NCBI GenBank assembly: GCA_003427395.1 | Contig: BFEA01000015.1 | Location: forward strand, 5,080,665 to 5,144,664 | Length of the DNA stretch: 64,000 nucleotides | From: Chara braunii | Lineage: Eukaryota > Plantae > Charophyceae | Direction of reading: 5' to 3' | Shown here: positions 53,424 through 64,000 of the stretch, one piece after another | How positions within the stretch are numbered: the first letter of the stretch is position 1 | Layout: the number at the start of each line of letters is the position of its first letter | Program-made: the position numbers and the translations under genes | The notes under the pieces: generated by a model | Told to the model about the DNA's origin: nothing | Seen by the model: only the letters and a program-made list of their open reading frames with translations | The model's database searches: none

Positions 53424-55226
53424 ATCCAGTTGATTGACAGCTAAGCTCCGGCCCTCGGGGATTGCATCAATTCTTCTTCTGTAATGGTGTTACCTCCTTT
53501 TGTTATCACACACTTAACCCCTGAACACCTGCAGTGGAGTCTCTCTCCAAAGCAGTTCCTAGGCAAACCCTCACAGACTGAGTTTCTCTTGTTGACGGCA
53601 TCACTGGTCAGAGTGTGGGTGCCCATGAGGGGAAGCCATGTGTTTGTGCATGTGCTTTGTATTTCCCCATGAGGATTGGCCTTGGTATGTCCGAATTGCT
53701 GCACTTTGTGCCTGGAGGCTCGCAAGAGTCAGTCAAGTACAAAATACAGGTAGGTCCTGCGCTAGCTGTGCATTGACCAGTGCAGAGAGTAAGCAAGACC
53801 ATCATGTGTGTTGTGTATGTGTATATGTGTTTTGCAGGTTTTCGCCACAACAGCTGCTGTTCCACCCAGAGGAGTAGACCCAAAATCGTTGCGGCTTTAC
53901 CTCTATTGCAGACAATGAAGCACACTTGAGATGACCCATTGCAACAATGACACAGTTTTACCTCTCTATAGCAAGCAACATGGAGCAGAATAGATCCGCT
54001 ATACACCTTTCTTGACTATCTGTACTTTGGCTGCAGCTGCCTTTTTACGGTACCCCTCGTCTGCAAGGCTGGCCACGTTCATTGTGGTTAAGCGCCAGCT
54101 ACCCGCATTCCCGTGTGCCTTAACGGCCCACTCACACATTATGAAAGGAGGCAGGGAGTAGAGGGGCGAGTTATACTCCTGGCCAGTTTACTTCAGATCT
54201 TCAGCTTATATTTTGTCTGTTCTCTTAACGATGCTCATTCATACGCATATAGCGGTAGTACACAAGAGGAGGGAGGATAGGAGGTGAGGTGTGGGGGAGG
54301 GAGAAGGGGTAGAAGAGGGAAGTGGAGGGGGAAAGAATAGAACAGAGGAAAAACGAACCTTCACAGAGTTCTAGTTACTCACCGCTGGATCAGAATGCTC
54401 TAGAATCGCACAAGAGGCCAGTAAGTGCTTGGGTTGCGGGAGATTTTGAGTTGACGAGCTGCCGTTGCCTAAGGTAAGTTGCCACTCCAGCAGACCCGAC
54501 ACACGACTGGTTGGAGTGTGGACTGAAGAAGCACAGCATCCAGTTCTCACAGTTGCAGATGCTGTGCATCGAATGGCACGACGTAGTCAAAGGCTACATG
54601 GCTCCTACATGCTTGGAACACAGAGGCACGCCGACCGCAATTGTATAGGCTTTGCCATTCCAGCCCCTGCCTAGACATTGGACATGACATGTCAGGGTGC
54701 CGTACAAGTGCGATGTGGACTGTCATCATACGCATGAAATCAAATACTTACATGGGATATGCTTTGATAACCCCCGCAACACAAAGCATGGGAATCACAT
54801 GCTAGCCGGATCTCAGGTGGACCATCACAGACTGGGATTGAGCAAGTTTCTTGGGTTTCCGCAGTCATTATTCCTTAACTATGGGCAGGCGACGGTGACG
54901 GCTGATCCGAAGTAAGGGTGTATATGTGTGTGTGGGTGCGTGTGTCCAAGCTGAAGGCAAACTAACCTGGTTAACAGGGCGTAACCAACCTGGGATGGAG
55001 TACAGAGGCAAACACCAGGAAGTAGCACAGCACAAGAAGCTTCAATGCTCATGAGCACTTCGCATGCAATATCCCAACAGGAGCAAGAGTGATCTTCAGT
55101 GCTGACAGGAGAGAGAGAAGGGCAAGAGGCAAACCAAGCAGAAATCAGATGCTTAAATGAGCGAAGGCTAGGAACAAGAATCAGAACGTCAGCAGTGTGT
55201 GTGTTTGACGGCCACCACAACAACCC

Positions 55227-55270
<44 letters not shown>

Positions 55271-55275
<5 letters not shown>

Positions 55276-55308
55276 TCTTATACACATCTAGATGTGTATA
55301 AGAGAGAG
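55271..55308. other. Nextera mate-pair junction adapter (two back-to-back Tn5 mosaic ends): assembly artefact
   Basis: CTGTCTCTTATACACATCT+AGATGTGTATAAGAGA(G)AG, 37/38 identical to the adapter, between (TG)n and (AG)n. Confidence 0.97.
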
Positions 55309-56367
55309 AGAGAGAGAAGTGGAGTGCAGACCAAGGTAAGATGGTCTCAACCGTTGATTTCCGGCGTGACAGCCGTAATGAGAGTCTGAGAGAGACATTG
55401 GCTATACTGCTGTATGCCAATTCACGTATAGGCACGAGTCTAAGAGGAGTACGCAAAGAGAACCAAGACCGGAGTTGAGAACACAGACCAACCAACTACC
55501 TTCACTATTGTCTTCTGAATGGACGCTTGCACGCGAGACATGTTTACACATCTGTTCACAACGGCGACTTGAACAGAGTGAGATACTGAGAAAAAAGTTC
55601 TATAAACCACATGTTTGACAGGGGCAGGGGAGAAGGAAAGGGGGGGGGAGGCGGGGAGGGGGGAGGAGGAAGGAGTTCATTCCTCGCACATGCGCCACAA
55701 ACTACAACAGAATTCTATGATGTAATCCAAAACCAGAAGCCACTGAACACTGCACCGGAAATCTCCTTGAGTGGTCGATTACACAAAGCTAATCATACTT
55801 CCATTGTCGATGTGGGCATCACTACTACAATCGGCGATCAGACTGACATCCTTGAAGTGACTCGCAGTCAGTCGAATCCTGGGGCTTGAAGTTCCACAAC
55901 TCTACTTAGCTAAACCAACATGTCTTTCAGAAAAATACAGTCTACTGAGTCTAGCCTTTTGGAATTAACAGGCACAATGCGACTGTCAGCTCACCTCAGC
56001 TTCGTCACATGCCAGAAGGAAGAAGAGACAGGGGGATGGACGTAGGGCAAGTGGGTGTTCTCCCTCATTTGAATATGCACCCACAGTTGGAATGGAGCGT
56101 TTATTGAAACTTCCACTGACAGAGTGGGCAAGTTCTATTGTGACAGGTGAAAACATTCGGGCACTAGAAAACTTCACTTAGATTCAGGCATTATTCCACA
56201 CATTCAGCATGGCACCATGCATCGTACCTGAAAGGCATTCCATGATACAGACCCCAAATTCGAATCTCAGGGTCAAGTCCCCAGGCTAAAGGAGGCCGAG
56301 TCGGCCAGGTTCAGAAAGGCTAACTCGGGTACCCGAGAAGTCAAGTCCAACAGGTACCCGGTCAACA

Positions 56368-56545
56368 GTCACATCCCAGGGGCAAAAGTCACATCCCATA
56401 GGCAAAGGTCACATCTCGCAGTCAAAAGTCATATTCCACAGGCAAGGGTCAAGAGCAATAGGCAAAAGTCACGTCTCAAAGGGGCATATTCTACAGGCGA
56501 AGGTCGTGTCCCATAGACAAAGGGGCACATTCCACAGATGGAAAG
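56368..56545. repeat. 20-bp minisatellite, ~8-9 units
   Basis: Consensus GTCACATCCCA(T/C)AGGCAAAA. Confidence 0.8.
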
Positions 56546-56894
56546 TCGCGACTCACAGTCCCAAGCAGCAGCACACCAAGGGAAATTCGTGGAGGTACCA
56601 GGCCTCGACATTCTGAAGCAAACAGGCCGTGGGCTTGTGGTACCAGATCCAAGTCAAGCCAAAGGAAGCAGAGGCTGGGACGAGTCCAGACCCAGTCCAA
56701 GTCAATATAAGGACTGGCTAGCCACATTTCAGAAGGATTGCTCATTTGTGGGAAGTGTGGACGTGAAGCGCTTGTGCGCTATCTGCGAGTGGCATGAGCG
56801 AGAGCCCTGCTGGGCAGCGCTGCTGAGAGGGAAGGCGGCCATAGCCGCATAACTAGTAGTAGGAGATAGAGCTGAGTAGTAGCAGATGTATTCA

Positions 56895-57129
56895 NNNNNN
56901 NNNNNNNNNNNNNNNNNNNNNNNNNNNNNNNNNNNNNNNNNNNNNNNNNNNNNNNNNNNNNNNNNNNNNNNNNNNNNNNNNNNNNNNNNNNNNNNNNNNN
57001 NNNNNNNNNNNNNNNNNNNNNNNNNNNNNNNNNNNNNNNNNNNNNNNNNNNNNNNNNNNNNNNNNNNNNNNNNNNNNNNNNNNNNNNNNNNNNNNNNNNN
57101 NNNNNNNNNNNNNNNNNNNNNNNNNNNNN
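56895..57129. other. Assembly gap with identical 63-bp flanks (56832-56894 = 57130-57192)
   Basis: N run with the same sequence on both sides. Confidence 0.95.
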
Positions 57130-57612
57130 AAGGCGGCCATAGCCGCATAACTAGTAGTAGGAGATAGAGCTGAGTAGTAGCAGATGTATTCAGAGTCGAG
57201 ATCTTCAAGTAGAGAGAGTGAGAGGGAGAGAGAGAGTGAGCACATGCATGAAGAAGATAGAGAGAGAGAGATGGAGAGAGTGAGGCAGAGAAAGAAAGAA
57301 GAGAGTCACCTACCTTAGATGAGGATGCTGGAATTGGGTTGTCGAACTCTGCACTGATGGGCGCTTGGTGACTTGGACTCTGAAACTGTCTGACATGATA
57401 ATTTGTTGGAATTTCTAAGCTGCGCTTATCTGGACTTTGCATCTCTGGTCTCCAGTGTGGATTCGTGTGATCTCTGTGTGTGTGTGTGCTCAAGGTGTCG
57501 AGCAGTGAGGCTCAATGCATACCACCGCCAGGTAACCCACCCCCTCACGTGGGCAATCACATGCCAGCATGTGACGACTGGGTCGCGACCCACTCTTTTA
57601 TACTGTATAAAA

Positions 57613-57665
57613 CTAGGAAGATTGTCACGCCCGGCCGGGCACCCGGGCATGACGCCCAGGCGTGT
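57613..57665 (-). mobile_element. Helitron-like 3' terminus
   Basis: Minus strand GTCATGCCCGG-gtgcccgg-CCGGGCGTGAC hairpin, 7-nt spacer, then CTAG|T; related hairpin at 38950-39000. Confidence 0.6.
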
Positions 57666-57691
57666 GAAAAAAATAAATAAATCTAGATTCT

Positions 57692-58132
57692 AAAGTCTGC
57701 TTTGATTTTCGTCACTGGTACCTTGAGGGCAGTGGTCGGTGCCCACCTCAGGGTATCAGTTGTCGGACAGTCGTTGATGCTTAACCACAACCGCGGTTAG
57801 ATAGATTATCAACTTACAGTGTAATCAGTTGGGGGATTCTGCAGACTGTTGAGGAAAAAGTTTGTCACAGCCCCTAATTTGTTGTCCTCTTCTCCCTCTC
57901 TGCCTACGGTTTCTATATAAATCATCAAACAGAACTGCCCTGTAAGCCGTAGGCAGAGAGGGAGGGAGAAGAGGACAACAAACAAGGGGCTGTGACATAC
58001 TGTTTCATCGGAGTTTCACCAACTCATCAGGAGGCTGAACCCTCAACAGTCTGCAGAATCCCCTAACTGAAGTGATAATCCACCGTAACCCCAGTTGTGG
58101 TTAAGCATCAACGACTCCCCGACAACTAATAC
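57692..58132. mobile_element. Tail-to-tail inverted pair of the ~270-bp hammerhead-bearing repeat
   Basis: 57751-57912 is the reverse complement of 57945-58132, except that the ribozyme core is missing from the left arm; both arms align to 27541-27808. Confidence 0.85.
57999..58050 (-). ncRNA. Type III hammerhead ribozyme with intact catalytic core
   Basis: Minus strand ACUG-U-U|GAGG-guucag-CCUC-CUGAUGA-GUUGG-ugaaacu-CCGAU-GAAA-CAGU. Stems III, I and II all pair, CUGAUGA and GAAA are intact, NUH site is GUU (cut between 58045 and 58044). Confidence 0.85.
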
Positions 58133-58233
58133 TTGCTTGCTGAGTACAGCCCAAATCCGCTGAGAAACTTCTGGGGGGGTATAGGGGTGATATAGGGGGT
58201 ATTGGGGGCCGCTATGGGGGTGTTGGTGGTGTT

Positions 58234-58469
58234 NNNNNNNNNNNNNNNNNNNNNNNNNNNNNNNNNNNNNNNNNNNNNNNNNNNNNNNNNNNNNNNNNNN
58301 NNNNNNNNNNNNNNNNNNNNNNNNNNNNNNNNNNNNNNNNNNNNNNNNNNNNNNNNNNNNNNNNNNNNNNNNNNNNNNNNNNNNNNNNNNNNNNNNNNNN
58401 NNNNNNNNNNNNNNNNNNNNNNNNNNNNNNNNNNNNNNNNNNNNNNNNNNNNNNNNNNNNNNNNNNNNN
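58234..58469. other. Assembly gap (N)
   Basis: Run of N. Confidence 1.
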
Positions 58470-58479
58470 TTTTTTTATG

Positions 58480-58562
58480 CTGGGTGCCAACGACCCCCGA
58501 CCGGTAGGTGCCGACCAACCGATTGGTCGGCCGGTCGGCAGCCGACCAGTCAAGAGCCACTG
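58480..58562. mobile_element. Possible DNA-transposon end with clustered CCGACC/GGTCGG subterminal motifs
   Basis: Several CCGACC/GGTCGG motifs ending in GCCACTG (CAGTGG on minus); partner end not visible because of the gap. Confidence 0.35.
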
Positions 58563-58745
58563 ACCGTTGGGGTGTGCAACCCTGGATGTGGTCTTAAATC
58601 ACCAGTACCTTTCCCCCAATGAAAAAAGAAAAAAAAACGCGGTGGTTAACACTGAAGTTCAGACCCGTGGCGAAATCCGTGTCGGGGCAAATTCAGGCCC
58701 ACGTCATTTTCAATATTTGAAACTCCTTGCCTTATCATGGCTTCC

Positions 58746-58791
58746 TGGACCATTTCTGGATTATGCGTGTCATCCTTGCGCAGGGGCCACG
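58746..58791 (-). pseudogene. U6: U6 snRNA 3'-half fragment
   Basis: Minus strand CGTGGCCCCTGCGCAAGGATGACACGCATAATCCAGAAATGGTCCA. Confidence 0.9.
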
Positions 58792-59519
58792 TTCCACTAA
58801 CTTATTCCCCCTAGAACAGTGATTTATGCTTGATGGAACAAGGTATAGCCTCTCTGATGATAATTACAGGCTAACTTCTTGCATCTACAATATCAAAGGC
58901 TAACCTTTCTTTTTTTTTCATTTCAATTAAGTTCAAAACTCAGTATGAACTTTAAGCCACCAGTACTTCCTAGAGTGGTGCCCGTTAAACCACCAGTACT
59001 TCCGCACCTAAAATCCCAAAGCTACCTGCCCACTGCGCGCCGCTATTTCCCGAGCCTTCTGCGTGAGGGACCTGCAGTGGGAATCTCAGAAGTGGCACCA
59101 GTGCCGGCGGTCTACCTGAAGTAAAAAGAAAAGACAAGAAAAGAAAAGAAAAGAAAGGAACAAACATGCCAGAGATCAATGACGTCGTGGAAGGACGTCA
59201 TGGAGGCCATACTCAAATTATCACTTTCCAGAATGCATCTGACCACTATTACGGGGAGAGGGAAAGGTTGCTGTTTTTTCTTCTGTTCTCCTTTTGTTCT
59301 TTTCTTCCTTTCCCTACCAGCAAGGCAGCGCATATTCCTAGTGCTCAAAATGCCCTCGCTGAGGGCATAGGGCCTCGTTAGACACTCCTTGTGGACCCGA
59401 AGTGCTCGTTCCACCTGTCCTTGGGGACGATTCGCGAAAAAAAAAATGAAAACAGCACAAGGAAATTTCCTTGTGGCGTCCTTGTGGCTACAGCCAATTT
59501 TTCCTAATCCCCAAGGGAC

Positions 59520-59909
59520 CTCCCGAGGTCCCTCGGAGCTCAAGGAAGCGCGAGATTCGGAGCGGCGAAGGCATGCGTCGACGGAGGGGAGCCCGTCGAC
59601 GAGGAGCAGGGGTCGACGAAAGATTCGACATTCAGCGCGGGGAGCGCCGGCGGTTCCGGGAAAAGGAAGAACATGCGGCAACAAACCTTTGAGGCCGTCG
59701 CCGACGTCATGGACAAGCATGGTGCGCTCATGGCAAGCACGATGGACAGCGCGAGCAAGCGCACATGCTCTATGATGTTACGACAATGCGAAATTCTTGA
59801 GAGCGCAGTGGAAGTGCAGAGGAAACATTATGCTGCGGCGGATGAGGCGAATAGAATGATGTGCAACGCCCTTATGGAGATAGCGAAAGCCATCCGCGAG
59901 AGATCATGA
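59520..59909 (+). pseudogene. C-terminal coiled-coil remnant of a repetitive TE-associated protein (resembles the tail of Myb/SANT-like PIF/Harbinger accessory proteins)
   Basis: ORF 59673-59909 'MRQQTFEAVADVMDKHGALMAS...CNALMEIAKAIRERS' is helical and has GC-rich codon usage; the family assignment is from recall, not a search. Confidence 0.5.
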
Positions 59910-60264
59910 CGACACTGCTGTTTAGTGTCGTTTTACTGTCCTGTCTCTCCGTCTACTGCGACTGCGACGATGTCGACCTCTGTGTGTGTGTGTGTGTGAG
60001 GAGGGGGGGGAGGGATGCTCGCACGATCATTTGTGTGCGACGATTTGAGAGACGTCCAGTTGATGGTTTTTTAGATTTTGTGTGTTGTCGGCATATGATT
60101 AGCAGTTCCTTTCTTTTGCTTTTTGTTCTTGATCTTCTTCATATTCCAGGAGAGCGCTTCGTCTGTGTTTGGCGATCTCGAAAGCGACAGAGCCAGGTGT
60201 AAAAAGGGTTCGGTGGGTTGGGGATTGTGGAGGAGGGGGTGGTCTCAATGGTCGGTAAGAGGGG

Positions 60265-60393
60265 NNNNNNNNNNNNNNNNNNNNNNNNNNNNNNNNNNNN
60301 NNNNNNNNNNNNNNNNNNNNNNNNNNNNNNNNNNNNNNNNNNNNNNNNNNNNNNNNNNNNNNNNNNNNNNNNNNNNNNNNNNNNNNNNNNNNN
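60265..60393. other. Assembly gap (N)
   Basis: Run of N. Confidence 1.
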
Positions 60394-61245
60394 TTTTTTT
60401 TTTTTTTTTTGGTTCCCTGGCGAGTGCATCGACGCGCGTGGGGAACGGCGTGGAAGGGCCTGTTGGCGGCTTGGGGAGGGTGGCAGTGACACTAGAAGAA
60501 GAGTGGGTGCGCATACACGGTCTGGAATGCTGAGGTCACACATATCACTGTCAACGTGCTGATTGACGCATGAGAAGAAGCGAAGTTGAGGCCCGTCCAT
60601 TTGCTCCGTCTCATTCAGGCGTCTGCGTCCCGTCCCGCATAAAGGTCGTCCGCTTGTGGTGTCTCCACCACAGAAGCCCGCCGCACGTGCTCCACAACGA
60701 GCACAACCACGCGGGACGCCCTCCAACTTTTGGCCTCCTCACCACGGACCTCTACCGCCTGCTCACCGCGGACATCTCTCCCATCCTCGCCGGGGACTTC
60801 GTCAGTGTCGTGGAGGATCACCGCCGTAGCTCTTCTCGCCTTCTCATCACGTGGAGATTCAGCGCCGTCACTCTCCTTGCATTGGCGCCGCGATGCTCCG
60901 TGGACAGGTCGATGTTCGGCGAGTGAGGACTTTGGGCCAATCCACGGCGGAACACTCTCTCCTTATCACTGCGGATCTGTCTCGCCACGTGGAGGTTCGG
61001 CGTCGCCGCTCTTCTCTTCTTCTCGCTGCAGAGTAGTCTCGCCGGGGTCATTGTCCTCATCTCGTACACGTGGACGTCGTGCTCATCTGTGGGCCGAGGA
61101 CACTTCTTCTTCGTCCTCGCCACGCGCGATCCGTACATGGGACGCTGATCTCGCCAGATCGACGAAACTCCCATCGGCAGTCGACCCTCTATTCCCGCTC
61201 GCCACCTCCTCCCGCCAAACTCGATTGGAGAGGGAAGCACGAAGC

Positions 61246-62975
61246 ATGTCTACGCGAGCCCGCGCCCGTGGTAAGAAGTGGGATATCGTCCCTACGGACA
61301 TTCAAGGGCGGGAAAGGGGTCGACGGCATGTCCCCAAGGCGAAGAGGCTTCGTTCAGACGATGCTTCAGGAAGCGTGCCTACTCGTCGACCGCAACATTG
61401 GGCGACAGCAGACGAAGGTGATGGCGAAGACGTCCTCACGACGGAGGAATAAGTGCCAGAGGAGACCGTGTCCGCAGATCGAGAGAGTGGTCGCCACGTT
61501 CTTCAGATCACAGCGCTGCCAGGAGATTGTTGACGCCTCCACCGAAGGGGCAGCACGTGCATGCCCGCGAAACGTGGTCGGAGAAGGAGGCCGTCATCGA
61601 CGTTGGAGGTGATGATGACGAGCCATTGGAACGACATCGACAGCGCAATGTCAAACAAGCCACAACAGCGACGGCAGTCAGGGCATGCGGTGTGACGGAC
61701 GAAAGGCCACCTCAGGGTGGACAGCCTGCCACGCTGTCTCAGCCGAGTCCGTGAAACACGGCTGATGAGGGAGGCTCCATTGAACGCGGCGAGGTGGGCG
61801 GAAGTCCTGGTAGACGCCCGCGCAGTTGGGGGCGAGGCGGTCGCTGCTGTCGGTACGGGAACTTCAGGCAATGTGGCACCCGTGTTGAGGGCCAGAGAGG
61901 AGCTTCCAGTAGTCGAGCGAGAGGAGGCGCGTGGCGAGAACAAAGGTGATCGGGAGGACGACGACCCCCTTTTGAGCTGGGTACGAAGGGGAGGCATGGC
62001 GAAAGATCTGATCGACTGTGCCCGACTGTTGGTTGATGACAAAGCTTTCTGGATGAAAGGGGAGGGTTGAAGACTGTACAACATCGTCCATGAAACGCGA
62101 GAGTATTTTGTCGCCATCGCCAGCGGTCTTCAAGCCCCTGCCGTCCCTCGGAAGATCGTCATGCCAAAATCCTGCACGAAGCTAACAAGGATTGCCCCCA
62201 CAGCTGCAGCAAGCGATCTCCCGTGCAGTGACAGTGGAGAATATTGCTCCGCACGTCTTGCACGTCTGGGTCTTCAAATCCGGGAACCGCCCCAGAGGTT
62301 ACAATTTGGCTTTCCTGTACGTGCTGGAGTCCGTGGCGATGGACATTGCGCGTGCTATGTGGTACGACGAGGAGTGGAGTAACGTCGCTAGTGCGGCCGT
62401 TTGTGCGCACACAATATACCTGTCCATGGACTTGCCACTGTGGTTCGCTGGTGCGAACATCGAGGACAGGCCTGAGGACGACGACATGGCGGCGTACCAG
62501 GAGTCCACCGTCATATGCATTGCGCATGCATTCCGCGCCGCGGTTCAGATGGGTGCGAACGTCGACGGCGGCTTCATCTCACACGACCGTCTCTCACGGG
62601 GTTTTTGACTGCTTCAGGCTTTTGTTGGCGGCCAGCATGTGGTTGATGCGCATGGCGGGAGACGATCTGCGCAGCCATTACGAAGCTTTTTACTTCACCA
62701 AGCTGGTGGCGAAGCCCACGCTCGTCTCGTCCATGCATCGCTCCTTCGAACATCGACGATCAGTCGTCCGTGCCACAAACGTCGTCACAAAGAGGCTTGG
62801 GAAGGCGAACGCTACCTTGGGAGAGTACCCGAAGTACATCCCCGAATGGGCATCCTGCGACATCGTCTTTGGGCACGACGCGAGCATGACAGGGTCGGAG
62901 GACGCGAAGAGGCTGGATTGGTTGCGTTCGGGCCCCCTGGAGGAGGACAACGACGACGCTAGAAAAGACAAATAG
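61246..62975 (+). pseudogene. Disrupted ~570-codon ORF of an unknown, probably TE-borne protein (disordered N-half, helical C-half)
   Basis: ATG at 61246 (MSTRARARGKK); ORF pieces to 61452, 61527-61754, 61717-62070, 62192-62608 and 62244-62975 join across stops and frameshifts (…VDDKAFW…, …DLPLWFAGANIEDRPEDDD…, …YIPEWASC…). Confidence 0.7.
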
Positions 62976-64000
62976 GGGAGGGGGGCTGCTGGTCAGACGT
63001 ACGGCGCGGCAGAGGGAAGTGGAAGGGGGGGGGGGGCGGCGCGGGCGCTCCGAGATTTGTGGCTGCGCGTGTAGACGTTGGTGGTCGTGATGGGCTTGTC
63101 GTCGATTGGGCACGTGTACAGTGTGTCTCTCCTGTGAGTAGACGAGCGACGTTTTAGGTCGTTCGCTTTGGCAGGGGTGCTTTTTTCACTTCAATATGTT
63201 GGTTGTGCACCTGTTTAGTGTGCTGCTCCTGCGAGTAGACGAGTGACATTTTAGAGCGTTCACTTCAGCAGGGTCGACGGGGGGTTTCGATGTCAATCGT
63301 CGTGTTGTGTGTTGTTGTCATCGCAGCTTGCTGCGAACGAACATAATTGCGCTTCGAGCGCACCCTTTTTTTCATCATGCGTCCGCTGTTTTCGTGACTT
63401 CGCTTGCATGAGTGAATAATCATTGCGACGTTTGCATGCACACATTTCATCTTCGGCCTTTGCTGATGTCATTGTCGTTCGTTTGGTTCGTTTTTTGCAG
63501 TTTTCCCAAATGGCACCAACAACTTTATTTAATTTTCTTTACAACAGTCCTAGTAAGACAATGCACACATCCCTTAAGAGCCCCCCCCCGTCCAAGAGCA
63601 GTTGTTGTGAAGATGCAATGGCACAATGTATCTTCTTCCTGATTCATCATCGCATTGAAATATCAACACACAGAAGAACAACACATACTAACAATAGACA
63701 GAAGAAGAACACATCACCCCTCACCACCTGCACCCTCAATCGAGGATTTTAACATCGCAAGGAAGTTACAAAATTGAGCACCAATTGTCAAAAAAGACAT
63801 CATAATCTAACGCAGGGGCGACAAGTTTCAGCCCCTCCCGCACGATCAACCCTGCACTCTCTTCAACACGGCCGCCACGTGTCAAAAAAAAAAGGCGCAC
63901 AGGACACCCGCAGTGCGCCGTGTCCCCACAACACACTGGAAACGCCCATTGCTGGGCTCTCTGAACAACAGGCGCGCACATCCATGCACCGTGACGCTGA

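Noticed and set aside
56832-57192. Biological direct repeat or TSD around an insertion
   Set aside because: Identical 63-bp flanks around an N gap most likely reflect an unmerged contig overlap or a collapsed tandem repeat.

Overview
Repeat-dominated eukaryotic nuclear DNA with four N-gaps and no intact protein-coding gene that I can support. The plant-type U6 and 25S rRNA pieces and the style of the decayed ORFs at 59.5-63 kb suggest a streptophyte, probably a charophyte alga such as Chara (inference). Contents: a 5'-truncated L1/Tx1-type LINE (1-2245); a ~2-2.7 kb dispersed repeat family with a structured 3' end (three long copies plus one tandem partial copy); a decayed Penelope-like (PLE) reverse transcriptase (~29.9-34.1 kb, minus); several MITEs with clear TIRs and TSDs (8-bp, 9-bp, TTA); a Helitron-like 3' end; retroposed U6 and 25S rRNA fragments; solo poly(A) insertions with TSDs; two group II intron maturase relics; many tandem repeats; and a Nextera mate-pair adapter artefact. 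The best candidate for a new system is a ~270-bp structured repeat carrying a type III hammerhead ribozyme. It has an intact core at 57999-58050 (minus), paired tail-to-tail with a copy lacking the catalytic core, and a core-mutated copy at 27619-27670 (minus) downstream of, and on the same strand as, the PLE RT.
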